From Octopus vulgaris (Eukaryota): 64,000 nt of DNA. Positions 13,135 to 27,302 of the stretch are shown in pieces. The first letter of the stretch is position 1; each line of letters opens with the position of its first letter. Below the pieces are notes generated by a model. That model made no database searches and had not been told where the DNA came from. It saw nothing but the letters and a program-made list of their open reading frames with translations. A program made the translations under genes and the position numbers. Where the stretch lies: the NCBI GenBank assembly GCA_951406725.2, contig OX597831.1:46314001-46378000 (forward strand), written 5' to 3'.

Positions 13135-13886
13135 GTTTTTGTTTTTGTTTTTTTTATTGTATTTTTGTATTTATATTCGTGTAACATCATCTGCTTTTCC
13201 GTCCTTGTTTCGTATGCATTGGATGCTTTTTTCCGTGGAATCTAATGCTCTTAGCTTAGTGTTTCCTTGGGGCTGGCAAGATTGGCGCAATTTCAAGACT
13301 AATCAGCCGAAATTGCGAGTATGATTCGGTTCTTGACTGAAGATAAAAGGCTTCGAATGACCCGTCCGTGTTTTTTTTTGTATCGTCTATCTAGATGTTT
13401 TGTTGTCCTTTTTTGTATCACCTAGTTGTCCGGATGTTTTGCGTTCTTGTCCAATTTTGTATTTTATTTGATATATATATATAGCGGGGTACTTACACTT
13501 TGTTCTCTTATATGTAAGTACACATTTCACTAAATTTTGTACGACTTTTTCAACACTCTCTCCCCCTCTCTCTCACATTTCTTTGCCTTTCTGACTCACT
13601 CTGCACTTCGCTATGTCCCTGTCTCTCTCTTTTTTTCTCGCCACTCCTTGATTCTTCCGTCTATCTACCTCTACACACTCTCTCTCTGTCATCTCCCCCT
13701 CCTTAATTCCTTTATTTCTCTTTTTCTCTCTTTTCTCTTCTCACGTGACCGTTGGCCGACTGCTAGCCCTTTTTGAGTCTGACCTCGGTCACATTGACAT
13801 CCTTCCCTCTGCCGTAAGGCTTCATTAGTACACACACAAGCTGAATTCAATTCGTCCCCAGTCGAGAGACGCCTGTTGTAATGTCC

Positions 13887-13946
<60 letters not shown>

Positions 13947-13969
13947 TATTATTATTATTATTATTATTA

Positions 13970-14028
<59 letters not shown>

Positions 14029-14029
14029 G

Positions 14030-15560
<1,531 letters not shown>

Positions 15561-15734
15561 GAACGATATTTTTGTAGATATCAAAAATGACTTCAAAATG
15601 GCGCCGTTTTCGTCTCCGAGTCAAGAGAGGAGAGAGGAAGATGTTTTGAGGATGAAATCATCTTTGATAGCCAACGTTTTTGAAACAATTTTGCAGACTT
15701 TATTAAAAGTATTAGTAGCAGTATCAGTAGCAAT

Positions 15735-15755
15735 AACAGCAGCAGCAGCAGCAGC

Positions 15756-15802
<47 letters not shown>

Positions 15803-15840
15803 GAACAACAACAACAAAAACAACAACAACATCAACAACA
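15735..15840. repeat. (CAG)n(CAA)n microsatellite (also ~35303-35462, ~56851-57004)
   Basis: Direct reading; length differs among units. Confidence 0.9.
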
Positions 15841-16502
15841 CCGATAGGCGCAGCAAGAACAAATGATTGGCCAGACACAGAAGCTCACAAAATCACCAGC
15901 AGTATCAGCAGCAATAGAAGCACCGGCACCATCGGTAGCAACATTCTGGGCGGGACTCTGGGCTCCATTGTGGATCAATGGCTTGTTCGTTCCAGAGGAC
16001 TTTCCAACGCGGGACCCATAAATCTTTTACCTTTTACTGGATGAAGGGCATTGCCAATTCGAGATAAACTCTAGAAGCATGGAAGTGCCACGTAACCGGG
16101 CCTGGCGAAGCTGCACGTCGAGACACGAAACTATTCTGTATGCATTTGTCCAGTGCCTGAGCATTGCTGACTCTTGGGTTTAAGTTGAACACTTGTTTCA
16201 TGTAGGACGAATCCGGCTGTGAAGCAAGTCAATAGTGGGAATCGACGATCTACCTTTCTTTGACAAAAAAGGGCAGTTCATTTTTCTCTTGCCGGTCTAT
16301 ATAGCAAAAGAAGTGGTGTGGCTTGCTCCTGTGGACGGGTATTTTCCTCTCAAACCCAGATGGAATCTTTACTTCAAAGTCTGTGGTCCCGACGGGAAAG
16401 CCTGCGAGGTTTGAAAAGTATGTAGATAAACTGTATCTAATAAAATAAAAGTGGTATCGAGCCTTTTAAACTTACCAGAAGAAGGAATAATTTATATACA
16501 TG

Positions 16503-16790
16503 TTTGTTCCTTCTCGAGCCATGCCTGGCTCATAAGGGTCGGTTTCCCGGTTTCATTGGCGTATAGGTTCCCCACCTGGACGGGACGCCGGTCCGTCGCA
16601 GGTGAGCTGCAAGATTCCGGAGAAAAGGGTGAGAGAAAGTTGTGGTGAAAGAGTCAGCAGAAGCTCACCATTACCTTCTACTGGAGCCGCGTGGTGCTTA
16701 GCTGTTTCGCTCATAAACGGTCTGAGATTCGAACCGGCGATCCCTCGACCGCGAGTCCGCTGCTCTAACCACTAGGCCATGTGCCTCCAC
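16503..16790 (-). mobile_element. tRNA-derived SINE (copies ~36125-36412, ~57668-57955)
   Basis: Head GTGGAGGCACATGGCCTAGTGGTTAGAGCAGCGGACTCGCGGTCGAGGGATCGCCGGTTCGAATC has clear A and B boxes. Confidence 0.85.
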
Positions 16791-17460
16791 AATTTATATA
16801 CATGCATACTATAATTTGTCATGTCGTTAAAAAAGAGGCAGCGGCAAAGAATCTTTACTAATATTATTTTAGTGGAGAACCACTGATCGAGATAATTGCC
16901 TTTGTTCAGCGTCGGAGAGGCAGGAAAGAGCAGTTCTTGAATAAATTCCACCTTTCTCTCCATTTCTCAGAGACGACATTCCGAGAGCCATTCAACCATT
17001 TAATATTGTTGTCTTCACTTGTGATACTCCTCCCATCCTTCCTTCCTTCTTTCCTTCCTTCCTTGCTAGCTTAATTCCAACCCCTTTTTCCACATTTCTC
17101 CCTGCATCCCACTTTGCATTCTTATTCTTCAAACAATAATTTTCGGTCTTCCAACTGGATACGCAAACACATTCAAGGGAGATAACTCCACGTGCTTGAA
17201 TTATGAGTTACAAATCCTGCATAATTTATCTTTCTTGTACGTAAGATTTTCCTTTTGTTTTTATTTACTTTCCCGAGATACTCTTCGTGCGAATCTACCA
17301 CAGCAGTAAGACTTGATTCCTGTGAGTGTTTTAAAAAGATTAATCAGCCGAAATTGCGAAGATGATCCGGTTCTTGAATGAAAATTGAAGGCTTCGAATG
17401 TCCCGTCCGTGTTTTTTGTATCGTCTTTTAAATGTTTCACGTTCTTGTCTCAGTTTGTAT

Positions 17461-17510
<50 letters not shown>

Positions 17511-17629
17511 CTTAACAGTATAAACCGGTCTTGCCTGGGATTAAGTTACGATTATTAAGCTAATCAAGTGCTTTATTTCAAACCAAACTAAGTAATATAG
17601 ACGTGAAATTTGGGCGAAATTCGTTGAAG

Positions 17630-17759
17630 GTATATATATTATATATATATATATTATATATATATTATATATATTATATATATTATATATATATATTATA
17701 TATATATTATATATATTATATATATTATATATATATATATAATATAATATAAATATATA
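17630..17759. repeat. Pure AT quasi-palindromic tract (unit 1 only)
   Basis: ~130 bp of TATATATTA-type repeats. Confidence 0.85.
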
Positions 17760-18211
17760 GGGGCAACAGACACGAACACTCATACATACACGTACGTACG
17801 TACACCTATTGCATGTTTTGTGCATGCATACATGTTCATAAACAGAATCAAATTGAAGGCTGGTTATTGTGGAGGTCGTTGCAGTTCGATTATCATAGAA
17901 CTTATAAGTTTGCAAGCGATGTGAAGTAGAGCTACTGAAGAGTTTTGGGAGTAGATTACGGATAATGACTACAAAATATACAAGATACCAGATATTTTGT
18001 AAAATGTATTTCATGGACTAATACATGCTCACTACATGTGAAAGCATAATAAATTATAAGACACACAAGTACATATAACTACCAAATGCGGTGTGTGTTA
18101 CATGTTGCATTCGATAGTATGTGTTTCTATATTTTTGTCTTTTTATATGTCGGAACGTGTGATTATTCTTGAATAAAGCATTTAATCGCTATAAGCTATA
18201 AGGTGACGAAT

Positions 18212-19294
18212 TCAATGAGTTTCGATATTTTGTCTTTTACATAGCTGGAAAATGTTGTGAAATAAAGAAAGTAATTCATTACGAAACTGCCGATTGAAAA
18301 CCCCGTAGATATACGGGTTAAGAGCAGAGCTGAGATAAGAAGAATAGAATAAAAACTTGTGAATCACTAGATCTTTATCACTTGCAACGTAATCAAAATC
18401 TTCAACAAACAACCTCCAGTATATTCCAATGAAATGTGGTATGTAACTGATAATCCAGATCAAGGTGATAACGAAGAGTATTAAAGTAGCCCAAGCTGGT
18501 GGCACTGGTTGCTTTCTAAGACGCGCAAAAGCGGTAGAACTAATATCTGTAGACTGACCTTCAGGTTTGGAAATGTTAGGAGTTGTGAAGGCTTCACGAA
18601 ACTGATTTGCTTTATTTTTCTTCGCTTTGTAAATTTTCCAAATGCGCATTCCAATTAATATGTATATAATGAAAAGAATGATAAACATACAGCAGCAAAC
18701 GGTTGATCCAGTAGTGTAATAAGCAAAAAAATTTATTGTGCCATTTATATAAGGAGAATATGCACAAACTCCTCCAATATCGCCACATTGTTCCACCATT
18801 TTGTTTTGTGTGCCGGATACAAAAATTGATGGTGCAGACAAAATGAACGCGATGATTGTTAAACATGCTAAAATTGTTTTTGAATTCTTAACGGAAATAC
18901 TTTGTTTAAGAGGTCGACATATGAGAATGTATCTATCGACTGCTATAACAAACACAATGAAAGCTGAATTGGTTATTGCTGCAACTGTCACAGAACGTAT
19001 CATACGACATGCAACATCACTGTGAAACGTATAGGGAAAACGTAGAACTACAATGTCCATAGGTATACATATTATGCAAGTTAGAAAATCACACACCGAG
19101 AGTGCTACAATGAACATATGCATGGCTGCCTCATCAAATTTATAATAGTATATGTATGATACAAAGCAATTTCCAATTGCTCCAAGTGCCATTGAAATTC
19201 CGAGATACGTTATCACTGGAAAATAAACATCCACCATTTTGGTATTTAGTTCTAAAATACTAACGCAAATGTTGACACTGTTGTTTTGCTCCAT
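18212..19294 (-). CDS. Class A (rhodopsin-like) GPCR, copy 1, 360 aa, peptide-receptor-like orphan
   Basis: Seven hydrophobic segments; TM1 GN, TM2 LSVCD, C3.25, DRY, TM6 ISYIP, TM7 NPYIY, helix 8 FRNEL; N-glycosylation sequon NNS; uninterrupted ORF. Confidence 0.95.
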   Translation of the reverse strand: MEQNNSVNICVSILELNTKMVDVYFPVITYLGISMALGAIGNCFVSYIYYYKFDEAAMHMFIVALSVCDFLTCIICIPMDIVVLRFPYTFHSDVACRMIRSVTVAAITNSAFIVFVIAVDRYILICRPLKQSISVKNSKTILACLTIIAFILSAPSIFVSGTQNKMVEQCGDIGGVCAYSPYINGTINFFAYYTTGSTVCCCMFIILFIIYILIGMRIWKIYKAKKNKANQFREAFTTPNISKPEGQSTDISSTAFARLRKQPVPPAWATLILFVITLIWIISYIPHFIGIYWRLFVEDFDYVASDKDLVIHKFLFYSSYLSSALNPYIYGVFNRQFRNELLSLFHNIFQLCKRQNIETH

Positions 19295-19359
19295 TTTCTT
19301 AATATTGTTTGAAACTTTGAGGAAAGTGTTATGATTTGCGATTGTAGACCTCGTACTTC

Positions 19360-19385
19360 CTGGAAAGACAAAGAAAAGTTGTTTG
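19360..19385 (-). promoter_or_regulatory. Splice acceptor 65 nt upstream of GPCR ATG (also 38736-38761, 60262-60287)
   Basis: aacttttctttgtctttccAG|GAAG polypyrimidine tract plus CAG, identical in all three copies. Confidence 0.75.
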
Positions 19386-19454
19386 TAAACAGTTTATTCC
19401 AACAGACTTTATGAAATATTCTGCTTTACATCGAGAGTTAAGTTAACAGATTTT

Positions 19455-19805
19455 ACAGTTCTATATTTAAGAGATGTGGAATTATGTACATTATTTACAT
19501 TTGACGGATATCAGTCAAAATAGCATAAGAAAACATTAGATTTATACGCCCTAAAATTCACTCCGTAATAACCCGCGGACATATGGCGTAGTTAACACAA
19601 CGTTTGGGCTGATATACCTCATTGTGTTTGTTGTTAACATAACGTTTCGGCTGGTTGGATTTTGGGGCTTGTAAATCTACTATTTTCCTATCCTTCCTTA
19701 AACCCGATGAAGACTGGAGGGTATATCAGCCGAAACGTTACGTTAACAACATACAAGAAGAGGAGAAATATCCGACATGTGTAAATAATGTAAATAATGT
19801 CAACA
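19455..19805. mobile_element. Penelope remnant (pLTR pieces only; ~0.9 kb body deleted)
   Basis: The left pLTR piece is joined directly to the right piece at GATATA-CCTC-ATTG, compared with the full versions at 38820-40050 and 60350-61600. Confidence 0.8.
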
Positions 19806-20403
19806 AAGATTTGTACAAAAACAAGAAATACATTTATCAAATATTAATTACGCATGATATTTATGAACGAATATTTGTGAATATACACTGTGCAATTGCT
19901 AAATTTTCGATATCAATCATATATTGGGAAGAGCTAGTGAATAAGCCATATAAGTATGTGCTTCTGTGTATGTGTGTGCTCGTTGTTAATGGTTGAATCC
20001 GAAGAACATTAAGCAGTAAATAATAGAATTATGTTTAAAAATACCATTTGGAAGGATGAATTCTATTGTTGGGTCTCGAACCTACACGTGTTGCAAATAT
20101 GATAGACGTTCTGCCATTGGACCAAAATAATCTTTCAAATTTCTCCATCCATTTTCGAAACTTTGTTCTTATAAGTGAGAACTGCATATTGGTGACATCA
20201 AAAACTTTTTAGAGATTTCGTGTGAAATAATTCGTTTTTAATGGTTAAAGTCGAAGTAGATAAAGTTATATGTAATAGCATCTAAATATTGGCTTAAGAA
20301 ACACTTTGGGGAGAAAAAGCCGAATGTATGTATGTATGTATGTATGTATGTATGTATGTATGTATGTATGTATGTATGTATGTATGTATGTATGTATGTA
20401 TGT

Positions 20404-23290
20404 ATAATAACACTGTTTTCTGCAGCTGCACTAAATTCAAGTAGCTCTCTAAACATTCTTTACTACGTAGGAGTCTATATCTACTCTAGCTAACTCCACA
20501 CAGTCTTCTACTGATATTATCCCTCTTCCACTTCCTTTCTAGCCAAGTATAATCTTGCTACTCCTGTATTGGATGGAGTCCTCCATTCATATTGAATTCA
20601 TTAACAATTCTTCCGTCTAACTTTGCTAATGCAGTTTTTGTCCAATCTACAAAAACTGCTGAGTATCTAAGTAAAGATACTATCCACGTATTTAAAGCCT
20701 TCACTAGTTTCGGACAATTTAGTTTTGATTTCATAAACTTCCTTATCCTTCTGATGTACTCCTTCTCAATTTTCGTTTCCGTTTCTATAGTTAGTACTCT
20801 GTCAGATCTAATACTCCTAGATACTTATAACTCTCTACTTCTCTCGGTGATTTTAATGTCTGGGCATCTCGTAATTGGATGCATTAGCTTTTGACTGCAT
20901 GTCCCCTTTTCATGACAAATATTGCATACTTATCTATGCCAAATTCCATCCTATATCTTTGCTGAACAGTCTTGCTGTCTGTATTAAGGAATCTTTCTTT
21001 TTCATTCTTACCAGGGTTCCGACAGTTATTCGTACTACTACCACCTTTTCCATCGACCACAATTGCTTAACCTCTCAAGTTAACCTGTCATATCTATCGA
21101 CATTTTTCTTCCTTATCGTATACCTTGTTGTCAGCTGTGCATGCTATATCCAGCATCGTTTGCTTTCTTTCTCAATTAACACTTTGTCTAGTTTCCTACT
21201 CTCTATCTCATGGTTTAATGCTCGTACCACGTTTTTGCTCTGTTAAGTCCATACTTGTTGCAAAGCGTCCAATGGCATGCATTGACTAGTAATATGCCAC
21301 ATGTCTCACCATCTTGTCTACAAAGTCTGCACTTATCACTATCCAATGTGTTGTCTATTCTGTATTTGATGTAATTCGTTCTTGATGCTTGCTCTTCGAC
21401 AGCACAGATTAGGGATTCTGTTTCCGGTTATAAAATCACTTTTAGTCATCCATAGCCATCTTTTTCTCTCTCTGTCTTATCATCAACATCCCTATGAAAT
21501 TGTCCATGCATTCTTTCTTTGTCCACCTATTTTCAGTTTCATTCACTCTCAAAGTGCTTGTACAGGGCTTTATCTTTGCAATCTTCCATCCTACACAAGC
21601 CTGACCTTCTTACGTCCAATAATAGTGGTTCTGTGGCATATTTTACATAGCATGCTATGCTGTTTTCCTCTGCTCTAATGCTGTGTTCGCATCAAATCAG
21701 TCCTCTTTCCCCTCCTTTTCTCGGTACATACAGTCTGTCTGTGTCACGTTTTGGATGGAGTATCCCATATCTAGTCAGCAACTTCCTTGTCATTCTGTTT
21801 AAGCTGTTTAATTAGTCTACTGTCCATGCAATTACCTCAGCTCCATATCTAAGTAGTGAAACTGCCCAGGTGTTGATAGCTTCAATCTTATTCCGTACGT
21901 TTAATTTTAACTTAAGGATCAGTCTCAGTCTGCGCAAGTACTCCACTTTAAATCTTTCTGTCATTTCTTTCTCCATCAATTTATCCATTTCCCAAATCCC
22001 CAGGTACTTATAGCCCGTATCTTCTATCTGCTTCATAACCTCCCCCGACAGTATCGCTAGCTCGTCCATACATTTGATTTTGCCTCTCTTCAAGACTAAC
22101 GCACCATACTTTTTCAGTCCGAACTCCATTTTGATGTCAGCACTGAAAGTATACACCGTATCAACGAACGAACTGACTTGGGATTCATCTTTACCATAAA
22201 GTTTGAGATCATCCATGAATAATAAGTGGTTGACATTTTCTTGGCGGCTTTTGAATACATACACAGCCTTTGCTTTCCTCAGAATCAGTGTTAGTGGTAT
22301 CATGTACAGTACAAAGATCAGTGGTGACAGGCAGTTCCCTTTGAAGATGTCTTTCCTGATTTCTATTGTCCCTAAACTTCTTCCATTTGCTGTCAATCGA
22401 TCCATGACATGGCCAAGTTAGTTTACCTCCTCTTGCAGTCTCAAAGTACATTTTTGTCTACACGGAGTTGATCCTTGGTGCCTCTGCACTTAGGCTTGCA
22501 ACTCTTCTGCTCATGTGGCAGGATTCCATTTCCCCGCCATATGTTCGTACATTGACTCTGCGAGTATTCCAGTCAATAATTTCCACATAAGTGGCAAGCA
22601 GGATATCGGCCTGTAATTGATTTCATTCATTTCCCTAACAGAAATGACTAGTTCTGCCTGTTTTGGACAGACTACTGTTTGTTTAAGTTCTTGCAACCAT
22701 TCAGCATCCTTCTTATGTTTCTTGTCTTTGCTCCAGATGTGTACTTCTCCAAAACATTTGGTTTTGAATGTTATCTGGTAGGATAGTGACATTTTTACCT
22801 TCATCGACTGGTTCAGGATCATGTTCATACCAGTAAGCAGGAGTGATGATTTTGTGGTGTTTACATATTTTCCAATGTAAATTCTGTCCTACCCTATCCT
22901 GGCGATTTTGTATACGTTTGGTGTCAGCACAGGACATCCTGAGACAAGATGGTCTATTGTTAAGTGAAATTTATCGAAGAATCTGCATTTAGGGTTAGAA
23001 CCGTTTTGAAGAACGTTAGCTGGTAGCTTTTGGTAAGCAAGCTTTGATCTTGTGCCGCCAATATGAAACCTTCAGTCTGTGCTTTCAGTCCTGAACTTCT
23101 CAGCCACTGATGGGTTGGTCCTTGGTCAACATCAGTATTTCGACTTCGAAGTATATACTGTCCATGGAGAAGCTTCGGGATCTACTGCTCCTCAATTTGT
23201 TTCTGCCCGTTCTTTTTGCAGTCTGCTTGATGACAGTGCTTTTAGGTTCTTCATCTAATTCAGGGTTAATGCCAAGTTTCCTTGCGAATT
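20404..23290 (-). mobile_element. RLE LINE fragment cluster, unit 2
   Basis: RT ORF 21812-22405 (LLFMDDLKLY), [19 protein letters not shown] at 22511-22828; ~0.6 kb private deletion at ~20436. Confidence 0.87.
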
Positions 23291-26200
23291 TGTCGTACTC
23301 TTTCGCCACAACTTTCTCTCACTCTCTCTTCCTGTTTCTTGAGTAACGATGCGATGGACTGGCGTCCCGTCCAGCTGGGGGGAACACATACGCAACAGAA
23401 ACTGGGAAATCGGGCCCATGAGCCTGGCTAGGTTTGAAAAGAGTGACGTATTTTTTCTTATATAAACGCAGAGTTAGTAAAAATATATCGAAAAATGCAG
23501 ATGAAATCAAAATGATGTTAAAATTATTTGCAACTTTAATACATTTTTACGAGAGATAATGCTATTCAACGATTATTACTCTGTATGCAAGCACTAAGGA
23601 CGTTCTCTGTTTTCCTTGATTCCTAAACTATCAACGTTCTATGAAGAAGTAAAATAGAGATTCTATATATTACTGCCAGATGGTAAATAATTTCATCTTT
23701 AATTTCAATTAATGACTCTCTTCGTGATATATCGATTTAATAAGTTATAGGTTATATCGTGCTGAAGGTTTCGAAAACAAATGAAATAGTACTATACTTA
23801 ATCAACACGCACTAGCAATTGGAAATACATCGCAATAGATAAAAGGAAATTGAATATGAGAGTTCTGTGAGTATACTTTCTTGTAGTCCTTAATTTTCAA
23901 CCCTGCCTCACATCGCGAAAGAATAGTTATTTTCCTTGCATTGACGGCTATTCCGAGAGGAAACGTGTATTTGAACACGAATATACTAAATCTTAAAGAA
24001 TTCATATTTCATCAGAAAATGATGAATGAAACAAACAGAAAATACGAAAACAGGTGGGTGAATAGAAGACTAGAAAAAACCTAGACAAAACGGGACGGTG
24101 TGATCTGCATATATATGCAAGAATAATTAGGAAGTATTCTTCGGAATAATTTAGAAGTCCGTCAAAAATAGAAATGTAGATGTGTTGTCAAGCTCACAAG
24201 GTCTCCAGGGACCATTAAATATTCTTTAGTACTGGCAATGCAGTTTTTGTGTTTCGTATCGTTCTTGATATTTAAACTTCATATGCGATGTCTTGCCTTG
24301 AAACCTACCAACTAGTCTTTCACCAAGCAATTCCCGCATAACTATTTGCTAATCTGGTCACTGAAGGTTTCAAGAGCCGGGAACGATACATTAGCATATT
24401 ATTTTCGTGTCACTGTTGACAATACGTAGAATAAATAAATTAAAGTAATATATGATATAGGTCAAAGTAATGGTAATTTTGTAGCTAATTTTAATGAAAT
24501 TTGTTATAAGAGAGACATAAAAAGGAGACAGAGAGGGAGATAAAGCAGGGAGAGAGGGAAAGAGAGGGGGGAAAGGGGGAGAGAAAGACAGAGAGAGAGA
24601 GAGAGGGACAGAGATAGAGAGAGAAGGATAGACAGGGAGAGAGAGAGGGAGAGATAAAAGTCGACAGATAAAAGTCGACAGAGAATATGGGAGATGGAGA
24701 AAAAAAAAAAAAGCATGAGAAAATTTTCTGTCACTAAAACATATATGAGCTCTTTTCGTAAATTGACAAAACTACACATAATCATAATAGTTGAATGTGA
24801 TGTTGATATTCAGATGACATTCCTAAATGTTGAGTAAGAAATCCTTTCTACGACAAGTACAAGGCCTGAAATGTTGGGAGAGGGTACTAGTCGATTACCT
24901 CGACCACCAGTGTTTCACTGGTACTTAATTTATCGACACCGAAAGGATAAAAGGCAAAGTTGAACTCAGCGGAATTTGAACTCAGATTGTGCAGGCGTAC
25001 GCAATGCCGCTAAGCATTTTAGTTTGTTAGAAGTCTAACTGAATAAATTTAGAATAGTATTTGGACCAATATAGCGTTTTTTTAATGCGGAATCGTCTAG
25101 GCAATTCTGAAGAGACTAATGAAAAAGTTCCAATATTCGGATAAACCTTACGGACTATTTGTATATCTGTAAGCAAAGACAGAAAAAAAGGAAAAGTGAA
25201 AGGTTGCTATCAATGCCTTATATAGACTTAGGAGTATTTAGATGGACTTGAAATCCAAGTTGTCTAATTTCACAAGGTTTTGACTGTGATCGGGACATTT
25301 AAATACAGCAATGGCAGTTGAAAAGACGCAACACAGTAAGAGTAGCAATTGATTTATATGCAGCGAATGTTAAATCTTGTGCCTAGTCCCTCAAACTGCT
25401 AGAAACAGAAAACAATTTTCTCTCATATAACATCCTAACTCAATAAAGAAAAGGTGGAATGGTTGTGAAGAGAGTGTCGTTGATCAGAGATTTGTTGGAT
25501 TAGGACTGACCTGAGGATAAACTATATCTGATTTATATAATATCCCGAGTAAATGTGATTTGATAGATGTTTGAGTGGATAAAGTAGTGAGATATATAAT
25601 TATTAATGTTCTTTGATCTATGGAGCTCAACACCACCACCACCACCACCACCACCAACAATAACAAAACATGCTAAAATTGACGAGGAGTGAGAGAGAGA
25701 GAGAGATAGAAAGAGAGAGACAGAGACAGATAGAGAACAATATATTAAGTTATGTTAGAAAAGATGGTTCAGGAAATACAGCCCCTGAAAAAAAAAAGAA
25801 AAGAGAGACAACATGATCATTGGTGAATTGTTTTTGATGATGGATTTGTTGGATCAGCTTCGATTACGGAGCTAAGCAAGAAGAAAATCATTAATATTAT
25901 AAGCGTATACATACCACCAGCAGTATTAGTAGATGTTTCGTTACTCTTCTCATGCGAGACTCAACACATTTCACAAGTAAATATAATTTTAATACGTCAC
26001 ACATCCTGTTACAATTAAAAGTTAATTAATCTAACCATATAGGGACACTAATATCTCTCATCAAGGAAGCTATATCAATGTATATCAAATAGCCGAATTA
26101 ATTTGCATAACTCTCTCTGCGCTCGCGAGAGAGAGAGAGCGCGTGCGTATGTGTTGTGCATGTTTGTAATGGCGATCACATTATCTGACGGTGGCCATGA

Positions 26201-27302
26201 TGCCGAACGTCGGGTGGAGCATAGCCCTACACTTGTAAGATTCACACGTTACGAATCTTAGTCTAACTGTACCAAGTACGTCTGCTGCGAGACTAAAAGA
26301 CAAGAATCTCTATTTAAATGAAAACTTGACATGGGAGGAATTTCATCCGGTATTCCTGGTCTGCTACCACAACAGCTCCTTTATAGGATCCAGTTAGCTC
26401 AAGACATCATCAGGAGGAACCACGTTCGGTTTCGGCCCATACTCATCTACCGTTTTGACGTGGCGCCTTCCCCTTTCGGAGGTGTCTTCATTTCTGGTGT
26501 TGGGTGCATGTCTTCGTTCTTCTGTTCCCTAGCCTCTTCGATGTTGCGTCAACGAATATCAGCGGGCGACTGGCTGTCTTGTCAAATTTCCCTTTAAATA
26601 CCTTCTGCTAGCCTCCAGTAGGCAGCCCCAGCAAGTTTTCACGTGACACTGTCTCAACTTTAACTGACCAATGAAGGCGCGTGGTGGACTAAATATTGGG
26701 TAAATAATTCCTTAATCTATCCACAAACAAGTAACAAAAGCTTTTCAATAGACATATGCACTTTCCTGCGGGAATGAACAAAACAGTACATCCTGTATAA
26801 ACTTGGCTGTTTGAGGGAAAAGAACGAAAGCTACAACAATAAAAGGAAGCTTTTAGAGAAATGTAATCCCAACAGCTGATGATGAGGGTTGCATTTAGCA
26901 GAAAAACGACCTATCTTAAGCCTGGAATGTAGCTAACTGCCAAATCGTAGGTGTTTACATGGTGTTCACATGAACGGAAGTACATTCTACAAAGCTACTT
27001 AAAGCATGTATAAAATAGTTGAGACGATTTCTTTCGCCTCTAATTTTTTTCGCAGTCGATCTTCTTCACAATCATTCACACATTTAAATACTCTTGTCCT
27101 TCCTTCTGTTATTCTTGAATTCCTACATCTCTCTTCCCATTTCACTCTACATCTTTCTCTTTCTATACTCACAAAAATGCTTTTCTTTTTCAAACTGGAT
27201 GGCCCTCCCTCAAGCAAGCGAAAGGATTCTTCGTACCTCAGTCACGTGATATCGCCCCTGCGCGAGTTTTTCATTAAATATAGCATTTTAAATTTTACTT
27301 AC

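Noticed and set aside
13300-13355. Possible permuted hammerhead (CAGCC-GAAA...CTGAAGA...GGCT)
   Set aside because: No plausible stem I, and extra bases break the core geometry.
16718-16790. Possible tRNA gene
   Set aside because: A and B boxes run into a SINE body, with no proper acceptor stem or poly-T terminator.
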